The notes: generated from the sequence alone by a model not told the origin. Counted from the stretch's first letter, positions 8,246 through 20,035 are shown. The stretch is 32,000 nt of DNA from Nodosilinea sp. FACHB-141 (GCF_014696135.1 NZ_JACJPP010000024.1:1-32000), one strand, 5' to 3'. Program-made: numbers and translations.

Positions 8246-8546
8246 GCAGCAGGGCGGAAAGTACGGGTCACTGATTCGGCAGGCCAAACAGACAAAGCCA
8301 GATGACCAGCCATTTGGTTTACCAGATGGCCAAATAACCAGCAAACCAGATAACCAGACTACTGGTCAACCAGATGCGAATAGCCAAGTTAAAGAAAAAC
8401 AGGTGAACCTCTGCGTCAAGGTGCCTGAGTCCTTAAGGCGGCACTGGGCCATCCAAGCAAAAATCCAAGACATCACCATGACTGATGTAATGGTTGAGGC
8501 TCTGACCCAGAAGTTTGGCTTGCCAGATGACCAGACAACCAGATAG
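8238..8546 (+). CDS. ParG-like ribbon-helix-helix centromere-binding protein candidate
   Basis: 102 aa. The start overlaps the parA stop (ATGGCTGA). The N-terminal half is disordered with PD(D/G/N)Q repeats. The C-terminal part VNLCVKVPESLRRHWAIQAKIQDITMTDVMVEALTQKFG fits the strand-helix-helix RHH pattern. Confidence 0.6.
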   Translation: MAEQQGGKYGSLIRQAKQTKPDDQPFGLPDGQITSKPDNQTTGQPDANSQVKEKQVNLCVKVPESLRRHWAIQAKIQDITMTDVMVEALTQKFGLPDDQTTR

Positions 8547-8791
8547 CCAGATTAGTGGTTTGGGTGAGGGCGATCGCCCAAACTGGTTAACTCTGGTTGA
8601 CACGAATCGCCGATCCTGTTCCATTAGACGGAAATCTTTAACCTTGCCTTAACGTCTTTGGTTGCGACGTGCATGATTTAACATGTGCTAATACCGCGTG
8701 CGATCAGCCTTTGAGCTAGCTGAGGCTTGGGTGGTGGTTGGAGCGTAATCCTGCCCAATACCGGGCCAGGCATAGATACACCCTGATGGAG

Positions 8792-8830
8792 CCCCACCGA
8801 GCCTGGTAGACACGGTGGGGCGCTTTTTTG
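8792..8830 (+). terminator. intrinsic terminator candidate
   Basis: Stem CCCCACCG (8792-8799) pairs with CGGTGGGG (8813-8820), followed by CGCTTTTTTG. Confidence 0.5.
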
Positions 8831-8835
8831 CGGCA

Positions 8836-8863
8836 ATAAAAAGCCCGCTGAGAAGCCAGCGGG
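8836..8863 (-). terminator. intrinsic terminator candidate (minus strand)
   Basis: Stem CCCGCTG (8844-8850) pairs with CAGCGGG (8857-8863) across a 6-nt loop. On the minus strand it is followed by CUUUUUAUUG. Confidence 0.45.
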
Positions 8864-8939
8864 TGTGTGGGTGTAATTTGCTTAGAGCAAAGACTTGGGC
8901 TGACCGACACGGCGATCGCCAGTGAATAGTGAGAGCCCC

Positions 8940-8987
8940 CCCCGCATATAGCAGATTAACCCACTGCTACATGCGGGGCGCTCTTTT
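8940..8987 (+). terminator. long hairpin plus U-tract, terminator or small-RNA 3' end candidate
   Basis: CCCCGCAT-a-TAGCAG (8940-8954) pairs with CTGCTA-c-ATGCGGGG (8964-8978), followed by CGCTCTTTT. Confidence 0.45.
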
Positions 8988-9192
8988 AGTGGGGGATCTG
9001 TCTGGAACTCACACAGATCCCCCACCCCGCCAAATTAGCACAGCCACCGAGGGGCGGGCTAGGGCGCGATGGTCAAAGACCGGCCTTGGGCCAACGCAAC
9101 CAATTGACTCAAGATTCTGTGAGTTCATTGCGCTTTCGCGATCAGCCTTCTGCCCCAAGGGCACACTGAGGGCAATCCTAGGGTTTTAGGCC

Positions 9193-11048
9193 ATGGCTAC
9201 TCTCATCGCCTCCTACAGCAGCTGCGCCTCTCGCATGACTGGGGGAGAACGACGGCTAGCCCAGCGGCTCGAAGCAAAATTAGAGGATGACCACTTGCTC
9301 TGGTATGACGTACCCGTTGGACCCAAAGCACTGCACCCTGATTTCATCCTCCTGCACCCCTCACGGGGTCTCTTCGTGCTGGAGGTCAAAGACTGGAAGC
9401 TAGACACCATCAAGGCGGCGAACCCTGATGAGTTTGAAATTGAAACCCAATCAGGTCAGCGCAAAACTGTTGATAGTCCCCTTGTCCAGGCGCGAGATTA
9501 CGTCCTGGCTATGTGCTCCCTGCTGGAGAAAGACCCGGAGTTAGTGCAGCCCGAGGGCCGCTACCAGGGCAAGCTCATTTGCCCCTACGCTTATGGTGTA
9601 GTGCTGCCCAACATCACCCGCCGTCAGTTCGACTCACAACTGGCGCTGGGCCAGGTGATTCATGCCAACTTGGTCATCTGCAAAGACGAAATGACCGAGG
9701 CTGTAGACCCAGGGGCCTTTCAAGAACAGATCTGGGCCATGAGCCACTACAACTTTGGCACCACCCTCACCAACGAGCAGATCGATCGCATCCGCTGGCA
9801 CCTATACCCAGAGATGCGAATCTCCGCCAAACAACTCTCTCTCTTCCCCAAGGAACCTGCCGACACCCTACAGACCGCTATCCCGCAGGTGCTCAAAGTC
9901 ATGGACTTGCAGCAGGAGCAGCTGGCTCGCAGCCTGGGCGAGGGCCACCGAGTTATTCATGGTGTCGCTGGTAGCGGCAAAACCCTGATTCTGGCCTACC
10001 GCTGTCAACACCTGGCCGAAGCCATGCAGACCGTTTTGGTGCTGTGCTTTAACGTGGCGCTGGCGTCCCGACTGCGATCGCTGATGGCAGAAAAGGGGCT
10101 AACCAAGCTGGTTACCGTCCGTCATTTTCATGGCTGGTGTACCGAAGTGCTGAAGCAGCACCAGCTGCCGCGCCCTGATTACCGGCAATACAAAGGCGCT
10201 GAGTACATCCAACGGCTAGAGGCTGCGGTGGTGGCTGCCGTCGAGGCGGGAAAGATTCCCACTGGCCAGTATGGGGCGGTGATGGTCGATGAGGGCCACG
10301 ACTTTGCACCGGAGTGGTTGAAGCTGGTCGCACAAATGGTGAACCCCTTCACCGATTCCCTGCTGGTGCTCTACGACGATGCCCAAAACCTCTACGGCCA
10401 ACGGGCAAACCGTGAATTCAGCTTCAAGAGCGTGGGTATCAAAGCCCAGGGTAGAACGACTATCCTCAAGCTCAACTACCGCAACACCGCCCAGGTGCTG
10501 ATGCTGGCCTACGAGTTCGCCAAAGAAGTCATGCAGCCCATCAGCCCTGATGAGGACATACCGCCGCTGGTGCAGCCCAACAGCGCCGGGCGCGAGGGGC
10601 CGGTGCCGGAGTTGGTAAAGTGCCGGAGCTATAAGGAAGAGGTAAATCACATCATCCAGAGAGCCCAGCAGCTGCAGGAGCGAGGCATCCCCTGGAATGA
10701 GATGGCGATTATCTACCGCGACAACTGGATGGGAGAGAAGGCATTCCAGCAGCTCCAGCAGGCTGGAATGCCTGTGACTGGCTCAACCAAAGCAGCAGCA
10801 GCCGTAACTTTGACCCCTCGACCCAAAGTATCAAGCTGATGACGATGCACGCCAGCAAGGGGCTAGAGTTTCCGGTGGTGTTTATCCCTGGGCTAGGCTA
10901 TCTGCCAAACCGCTATAACGATGAGGCTGATGAGGCCCGGTTGCTCTATGTGGCTATGACCAGGGCGATTGAGGTGCTGGTGTTGAGCTGCGATCGCAAG
11001 TCGGTGTTTGCTGAGCGCCTGGATGGGGCGTTGGGGAAGGTGGGGTGA
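9193..11048 (+). pseudogene. NERD-domain / SF1 (UvrD/Rep-like) helicase, interrupted by a frameshift near 10772-10780
   Basis: The N-terminus is NERD-like (HPDFILLHPSRGLFVLEVKDW). Helicase motifs are GVAGSGKT, VMVDEGHDF and LNYRNT. Frame 1 reads sensibly to ...QQAGMPV and then runs as nonsense to TGA at 10837-10839. The -1 frame, open from 10701, reads WLNQSSSSRNFDPSTQSIKLMTMHASKGLEFPVVF...LLYVAMTRAIEVLVLS, the UvrD-type C-terminal motifs. Confidence 0.7.
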
Positions 11049-11184
11049 ACAAGCAAGCTCACCTGTTGACCCGTGCGATCGCAGTGGGCTTGGGGTAAAG
11101 GAAGGTTGAAGATAACTGGTGCGATCGCGGGCGGAGTTGAATGGCTGGGTACACTGAGCTTCTCTACCTAATCCCCCTCCAGGA

Positions 11185-11925
11185 ATGTCAGACAGGAAAT
11201 TTCACTCCATTAAGGCGTTACCCTGCAATGACTACAAGGAAGCAGCGCCCGAAATGGATCGATCCATAAACTACGTCAAGTCCAAACAAAGGGTCGCTGA
11301 CCATGGGGAGGTGTTTACCCCAGCATGGATGGTGGAGGCGATGCTTGACCTGGTGAAGCATGAGACAGAGCGTATTGACTCCCGCTTTTTGGAACCGGCC
11401 TGTGGAAGCGGCAACTTTCTAGTGCAGATCATACGGCGCAAGCTGGCGGCGGTGGAGCTTAAGTACAGCAAGTCTGACTTCGAGCGGCGGCACTATGCAT
11501 TGCTTGGGCTGATGTGCATCTACGGGATCGAGCTGCTAGCGGACAACATTGTCGAGTGCCGTGCCAATGTGCTGGAGATTTTTGCCGAATACCTGGATCT
11601 GGATGAGGAAGACGATCTCTATCGGGCCGCATCCTATGTGCTGTCTCAGAACCTGGTGCATGGCGATGCCCTGACGATGCGTACCCACAACGACCAGCAA
11701 ATTACCTTTGCCGAGTGGGGCTATTTGGGGAAAGGCAAGTTTCAGCGGCGCGACTTCCTGCTCGACTCCCTTACCCAATCATCAAGCTATGTAGTGGATT
11801 CCCCGTTGTTTGCCCACCTGGGGAAGCATGAGATTTTCACACCGATGAAGACCTACCCGCCAATGACGGTGAGCGAGCTAGTCGCTGCCGAACACGGTGA
11901 CGTGCTGAAGGAGGACTCTCTATGA
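11185..11925 (+). CDS. DNA-methyltransferase-like protein with AdoMet motif I but no catalytic NPPY motif
   Basis: 246 aa. It contains GEVFTPAWMVEAMLD, FLEPACGSGNFL (a canonical motif I) and VHGDAL. No (N/D)PP(Y/F) motif occurs anywhere. Its stop overlaps the next ATG (ATGA at 11922-11925). Confidence 0.6.
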   Translation: MSDRKFHSIKALPCNDYKEAAPEMDRSINYVKSKQRVADHGEVFTPAWMVEAMLDLVKHETERIDSRFLEPACGSGNFLVQIIRRKLAAVELKYSKSDFERRHYALLGLMCIYGIELLADNIVECRANVLEIFAEYLDLDEEDDLYRAASYVLSQNLVHGDALTMRTHNDQQITFAEWGYLGKGKFQRRDFLLDSLTQSSSYVVDSPLFAHLGKHEIFTPMKTYPPMTVSELVAAEHGDVLKEDSL

Positions 11926-13514
11926 GTGATCAGGTTGGCTTCGCGCTGCGTGGACGCAACCCGGATGTGCTGACGTGTATTGCTAACCTCTCAAACGATG
12001 AGGTGTTTACGCCGCCGGAGTTTGCTAATCGGATGCTAGATACGGTGGCGGAGGCGTGGGCGGCGAACCATGGCGGGGCTAACTTGTGGGCAGATAAAAC
12101 GGTGCGGTTTCTCGACCCCTGCACAAAGTCGGGAGTGTTTTTGCGGGAGATAACCAGCCGCCTAGCGGAGGGGCTCAAGGCAGAGATACCAGACCTTCAG
12201 GAGCGCGTAGATCACATCGTCACCCAGCAGGTATTTGGCATCGGCATCACCCATCTCACCAGTTTGTTGGCAAGGCGAAGTGTGTATTGCAGCAAGCACG
12301 CTAATGGGGAGCATTCCATTGCTAAAAGCTTGAATAGCAATGAGGGCAATATCTGGTTCCAGCGTACGGAGCATAGTTGGGGTGCCACAAAATGCAAGTT
12401 CTGTGGCGCGCCAAGAGCAATTTGGGATCGTAAGGCAGAACTTGAGAACTATGCTTATGCGTTTATTCACACCGATAACATAAAAGCTCGGGTTGCCAAA
12501 TTGTTTGGAGGTGAAATGCAATTCGACGTGATTATCGGGAATCCCCCGTATCAGATGAAGGGAGGGGCAGGTGGTACAAGCGATTCATCCATCTACCACT
12601 TGTTTGTGGAGCAGGCGAGGCGGCTGGAGCCGCGCTACCTCAGCATGGTTATTCCTTCGCGCTGGATGGCTGGTGGGCGTGGATTAGAAGATTTTCGCAA
12701 GGAAATTCTTGGTTGTCGACAGATCAGAACATTGGTCGACTACCCGAACTCGGCTCAGGTTTTCCCTGGCGTCGATTTGAAGAGTGGAGTCTGCTACTTC
12801 TTGTGGAGCCGTGAGTATTACGGAGATTGTTTGGTTACCCTCATTCGTGATGATATCGCGGTTGGCCCTACGGAGCGCAAGCTCGATGAGTACGACATAT
12901 TTATCCGAGATGTCCGTTCTACAAGTATTCTCAAAAAGGTTCTTAAGATGCATGAGCCTAGCTTTCAGGAATTGTTGACGGGCGATACTCCATTCGGACT
13001 AGCCTCTAACTTCACTGCTTTTAGGCGTGGTGATCCTGATGATGGCGAGGTGAGGATTTACTCCAGATCAAATGCGGGTCGCCGAACAGGAGCAATGAAG
13101 CGCTCGCTCATAGCTAAGAACACACATCTCATCGACACGTGGAAAGTGCTTGTACCGAAAGCCGGGCCAGGTAACAGCGGTGGGCACGTTCTACCTGACA
13201 TGGTGCTAGGCAAGCCGAGTGTTGCCGAACCAAATTCCGTTTGCACTCAAACATGGATTGTTGCTGGACCCCTGACATCAAAGAAGGAATCTGAGATTGT
13301 TGCTGGCTATATACAGACAAGATTTTTCCGTTTCCTTGTGTCGCTGCGGAAAATTAGTCAAGACGCAATGAGAGGCGTTTATCGGTGGGTTCCACAACAG
13401 GAATGGAATCAGGACTGGACGGACGATGTGCTCTATATGAAGTACGGAATAACAAAGGATGAGCAGGAGTACATCGCAACGATGATCAGGGCAATGGACG
13501 AGTGTAATGACTAA
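11922..13514 (+). CDS. N6-adenine DNA methyltransferase (gamma class, Eco57I/TaqI-like)
   Basis: 530 aa. It contains VFTPPEFANRMLD, FLDPCTKSGVFL (motif I with the first Gly replaced by Lys) and FDVIIGNPPYQ (motif IV), followed by a target-recognition-like C-terminal half. Confidence 0.8.
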   Translation: MSDQVGFALRGRNPDVLTCIANLSNDEVFTPPEFANRMLDTVAEAWAANHGGANLWADKTVRFLDPCTKSGVFLREITSRLAEGLKAEIPDLQERVDHIVTQQVFGIGITHLTSLLARRSVYCSKHANGEHSIAKSLNSNEGNIWFQRTEHSWGATKCKFCGAPRAIWDRKAELENYAYAFIHTDNIKARVAKLFGGEMQFDVIIGNPPYQMKGGAGGTSDSSIYHLFVEQARRLEPRYLSMVIPSRWMAGGRGLEDFRKEILGCRQIRTLVDYPNSAQVFPGVDLKSGVCYFLWSREYYGDCLVTLIRDDIAVGPTERKLDEYDIFIRDVRSTSILKKVLKMHEPSFQELLTGDTPFGLASNFTAFRRGDPDDGEVRIYSRSNAGRRTGAMKRSLIAKNTHLIDTWKVLVPKAGPGNSGGHVLPDMVLGKPSVAEPNSVCTQTWIVAGPLTSKKESEIVAGYIQTRFFRFLVSLRKISQDAMRGVYRWVPQQEWNQDWTDDVLYMKYGITKDEQEYIATMIRAMDECND

Positions 13515-13665
13515 GACCATCGAAGAAATCCTTTCGCCTAAACCAGAAGCTAGGCTGCGGGTTTACTCCTACTCTATTGATGACGAAGCTCACCAGGGGC
13601 TTCTAAAAGAGCGTCTTGTCCTACCTATCTTGTTGGCTAACGCGCCTCCTGATTCTTTTGCATAA
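13507..13665 (+). pseudogene. remnant: first ~34 codons of a GIY-YIG-helicase paralog fused to unrelated sequence
   Basis: The ATG at 13507 overlaps the MTase stop (ATGACTAA). MTKTIEEILSPKPEARLRVYSYSIDDEAHQGLLK aligns with the N-terminus of the 16340 gene (MPKPTIEEILAPKPEARPRIYAWTPDD...GLIK). Homology ends near 13610, and the frame stops at 13665. Confidence 0.6.
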
Positions 13666-13831
13666 GCTATCCCAACACATTACGCGCAAGGTCTATACTT
13701 TCGTCCCGACCCAAGAATGGACTAGGAAGTGGACAGATAAGGCTCTTTACGAGAAATATGGCATCACTTCTAGTGAGATCGCGTTCATCGATCAAGTTTT
13801 CCGTCCAATGGACCTCGCCAACCCCTTATAA
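13640..13831 (+). pseudogene. remnant: last ~60 codons of a second adenine-MTase paralog
   Basis: HKLSQHITRKVYTFVPTQEWTRKWTDKALYEKYGITSSEIAFIDQVFRPMD aligns with the C-terminus of the 11922 MTase (RKISQDAMRGVYRWVPQQEWNQDWTDDVLYMKYGITKDEQEYIATMIRAMD). There is no N-terminal body upstream. Confidence 0.6.
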
Positions 13832-13845
13832 CAACGAGGAAGCAA

Positions 13846-16339
13846 GTGTCAGAAAGTAACCCACTCGATAAACTGCCGTCGCCTGACTTCTCAACGAAAC
13901 GCATTTACGCCTACCAGTTGAGCCTCAGCGAGCTTGCTAGGCGTATCAAAGTTGGCGAAACCGAACGTTCGGTTCGTAGCCGCGTGAAGGAGCAGGTGAA
14001 CACGGCTGGCCTATCGGATGTGGTGAAAATCTTGATGGACGAACCTGCCGTTGCGGCGGACGGGCGGACCTTCAGAGACGTTGATGTCCATGAGGTCCTC
14101 AAGCGGATGCCCGGGGTTACGCACCGGACAGAGGGCGGAGGGGTGGAGTGGTTTGAGTGTTCTCTGGAGCAAGTCCAATCCGCCTACAATAGCGTCTACG
14201 CAGGGGAGACCTTCACCAGGGTTCGCGACAAGAGTTTTGGTCTCAGAGGCGAACAGATTCGAGCTATTGAGATGGCCGATGCCTACCTTACCTTCGCGTT
14301 GGCCGACGGGCGAGAGGCACGGTTCCTGTGGAATGCAAAGATGCGCTTCGGAAAAACCTTTGCTGCTTATCACCTAGCCATGCGCCGCAATGCGAAGCGG
14401 GTGTTGGTCGTCACCTACAAGCCGGCCGTCGAAGACGCGTGGCGGACCGATCTGGAGACGCACACCGACTTCGAGGGGTGGGTCTTCTTTTCTCGTGCGT
14501 CCACCGAGGACCCTTCATTCATTGCGACCGACACCCCGCTTGTCTGTTTCTCGTCCCTCCAAGACTTGCGGGGGCGAACGGTGGATGGCGCAATCAAGGA
14601 GCAGAACCAGTGGATACACGACGTAGTGTGGGATCTCGTCATCGTGGACGAGTATCACTACGGCGCGTGGAACGATGCCACCCAAGAGCTTCTGTCGGGC
14701 GAGGTAGGAGGCGGAGAAACTGAGCTCGCGAACGCACGCGGGGCTGATTCGGAAGAAGATGATTCAAAGGATCTCGTTGAACGGCTAGACAACATCAAGG
14801 GTAAAGTCTTCCTTTGCCTCTCCGGCACGCCATTCCGGGCAATAGCGAGCAATGAGTTTTCTGACGAGCAGATCTTCAACTGGACCTATACCGACGAGCA
14901 GAGAGCCAAGGAAGAGTTCGCGGCCAACTATCCTGACCAACGGAACCCCTACGGTGCGCTGCCACAGATGAACCTTCTCGTCTATCAGCTACCTAAGAAA
15001 CTTCGTGAGGTGGCAATCGGAGGCAAGCGCAATGAGTTTGATCTCAACACCTTCTTTGCAGCTACGGGCAACGGCAAGAGAGCATCATTCACACATAGGG
15101 ACCAAGTTCAGGCTTGGTTGGACTGGCTCAGAGGCCAAGACGTAGGTGCCGCCGTTCAAGTTTTGGATGTAAGCACTGCCAAGCCATTCCCGTACGCGGA
15201 CACCAACGTCCTTCCTTACATGAACCACTCAGTTTGGTTCCTACCAGCAGTCGCGTCTGTATTTGCGATGCGGAATCTCCTAGCTGAGCCTCACAATGCC
15301 GTTTCTTGGGGACAATTCACTGTATTGCCAGTGGCGGGCAAACAAGCTGGTGATGGTGCTGACGCGCTACCACCTGTCCGAGAAGCTATCTGTAGCGGCT
15401 ACGATACGAAGACAATCACGCTCACATGCGGAAAACTCTTGACCGGCGTCACAGTACCTCAGTGGTCAGCCATTTTGATGCTCAAAAACCTCGAGGCACC
15501 TGAGAGTTACTTCCAGGCTGCGTTTCGCGTTCAGTCCCCATGGTCAGTGTGGAACCCGGATGGCACCAATCCTAACGAAGAGAGAGTTCTTAAGCCCGCC
15601 TGTCTGGTGCTAGACTTCGCACCGACACGGGCTCTTCGTCTCTTCGCCGATTACGGCATGCGGTTAGGAAGAGGTATGGACGCCGACAACGACGTTAAGG
15701 AGTTAAGCAAATACTTGCCGGTCCTCGGCTTTGATGGCACAAGGATGCAGCCAGTGGATGTGGACGAGATCATCGATACCGCTTTTCAAACTACCACTGT
15801 CGACACCCGCTGGATGCAGTCTAGGAAGTTCATCAACCCAGACGCTTCAAAGCTTGAGCTACTCAGTGAGGAGGTTCGACGGGCACTTATTTGCGTTACA
15901 AAGCAGCGGCAATCGGACCGCAGTGCTGATGAAGATGAAAACGTCATTAACAAAACACCGGAACTTAAGGAGGGTGAAGGAAATACTAGCAACGACAGTG
16001 AAGATGGCGGCTCAAACACCGATCAAGAGGACGATCTGCCAGAAGAAGACCTTGCGAATCGACTGAGCTTCATCGCGAAGCGCATTAACGCATTCATGTA
16101 CTTATCTGACGACATTGAAAAGAACCTCAAAGATGTTTTAGCCACGGACGAGGCTGAACTCTTTCGCATGGTAATGGAACTCCGGAAGGACGAAATGGCC
16201 GCCCTTGTAGATGCGGGCCTATTCCACGAGCAGGCAATGCGACTTGCAATCCATCAGTTCAGGCGCGCCGATGTCGCTTCCTTCCGTTATACCGGCCTTG
16301 ATCCGCGTTCTGGCCCCGAGAGCATTAAGGGAAGCACGG

Positions 16340-16347
<8 letters not shown>
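13846..16347 (+). CDS. GIY-YIG/T5orf172-like nuclease domain fused to SF2 (DExH, ResIII-like) helicase; paralog 1
   Basis: GTG start, 833 aa. The N-terminal module reads RIYAYQL..IKVGETERSVRSRV...VEWFEC. Helicase motifs are NAKMRFGKT (Walker A), IVDEYH (motif II), LSGTPF (motif III) and QAAFRVQSPW (motif VI). The C-terminal linker is acidic. Confidence 0.8.
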
Positions 16348-18904
<2,557 letters not shown>

Positions 18905-19053
18905 AAAGTTTTCTGCCCCATAATTAAGTCTATTAGGCTTAATATCTTCAAGGAGAGAACACCACTCCATTAATCGTTGTGGGGCGATCCGCTATTTGGG
19001 TTCTTACTTGCACAGGAAGAATACTGAAAGAACGTGAAAACTGGACTTGAAGA

Positions 19054-19491
19054 ATGAGTGATCGTACATATTGGCTATGTCTCTTCAACCACACCACCTG
19101 GCAAGAGTTTTTAGACGCTGGCGGGGCAGTGATGGGCTTTCCAGAGACCAGACAAAATACTGTTAGGCAAATTAAACCAGGAGACTACCTCTTGGCTTAC
19201 ATGACGGGAGTCTCTCGATGGATAGCAGTGCTGGAGGTAATGGATGAACCTTATGACGATCTCACCCATATTTGGAAGCAAGCACTGTTCCCTTGCCGGG
19301 TCAAGGTTCAGGTAATTACCAGCGTTGATATTGAATCAGGAATACCAGCACTTTCTCTGAGTAAAAATCTCAAGATGTTTGACAATATGAAAACGCCTAA
19401 CTGGGGGTTATTATTCCGTACCGCTCCAAAGAAGTTAATCTCTGAAGATGGTGAGGCGATTGTCAAGGCCGTTGAGGATGCGGCGGCGTAG
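19054..19491 (+). CDS. EVE/PUA-like domain protein candidate
   Basis: 145 aa. It reads TYWLCLFNHTTWQEF...IKPGDYLLAYMTGVSRWIAVLEV...FPCRVKV. This fits the YWL...W...pGD...Y...G pattern of PUA-superfold EVE/ASCH-type domains. The assignment is tentative. Confidence 0.5.
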   Translation: MSDRTYWLCLFNHTTWQEFLDAGGAVMGFPETRQNTVRQIKPGDYLLAYMTGVSRWIAVLEVMDEPYDDLTHIWKQALFPCRVKVQVITSVDIESGIPALSLSKNLKMFDNMKTPNWGLLFRTAPKKLISEDGEAIVKAVEDAAA

Positions 19492-19606
19492 AGATTCTAG
19501 AAAATAAATGTTGGTGGCTAGACTTAATCACATAGGCAAATATGTAGCGGTTCTCATTCGGATGAGGTATTGGGTAGCTGCCCAGATCTACAACGTCTTG
19601 GAAAAA

Positions 19607-20035
19607 TCAGGCTCCTTGCCTCAGCTCGTAAACCCGCTGCCATTCTTCAGTCGTAACCTTGAAATTGGTGGAGTTGGGTTGGCGAATCACTATCAAGGTG
19701 CTCAAAACAGGGTCTTGCTTTAGCTCACTCCGCAGCAGAGGCCGATCCAACAACTTATCGGTAAAGCGAATGGTGGCAAACGGTTTCTCCCCTAAGCGAG
19801 ACTTATCCAGCCAGTAGCCAATATCCGGCAAATCTGCCATCAGCTTGGGAACTTCGATTATGTCTGCGATCGCATATAACCCCGCCTCTTTGCCCGATAT
19901 CCAGATCAGTACCCCATCACCAGGCTGCATCTCTTTGGCGTACCGGGTGACCAACCAGGGCATCTGGGTAAAGTCTCGAATGCCGTCAATGATGCGGTAA
20001 TACTTTGGGTTTCCCTGGAAGAGCCAGTAAGCCAT
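19607..20035 (-). CDS. EVE-domain protein
   Basis: The start was moved to the internal Met at 20035. The track start at 20128 overlaps the recombinase gene and adds an Arg/Cys-rich leader. MAYWLFQGNPKYYRIIDGIRDF...MQPGDGVLIWISGKEAGLYAIADI is a typical EVE (PUA-like) N-terminal pattern. Confidence 0.6.
   Translation of the reverse strand: MAYWLFQGNPKYYRIIDGIRDFTQMPWLVTRYAKEMQPGDGVLIWISGKEAGLYAIADIIEVPKLMADLPDIGYWLDKSRLGEKPFATIRFTDKLLDRPLLRSELKQDPVLSTLIVIRQPNSTNFKVTTEEWQRVYELRQGA

Noticed and set aside
8716-9189. Track ORFs 8716..8910(-) and 8929..9189(+)
   Set aside because: They are composed largely of the arms of GC-rich hairpins and terminators. They have odd composition and no coupling to neighbouring genes.
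16211-16339. Upstream start at 16211 for helicase paralog 2 (897 aa)
   Set aside because: It would overlap 137 nt of paralog 1 and add a junk-like leader. The Met at 16340 aligns with the remnant N-terminus at 13507 and reproduces the same ATGnCTAA stop/start overlap.
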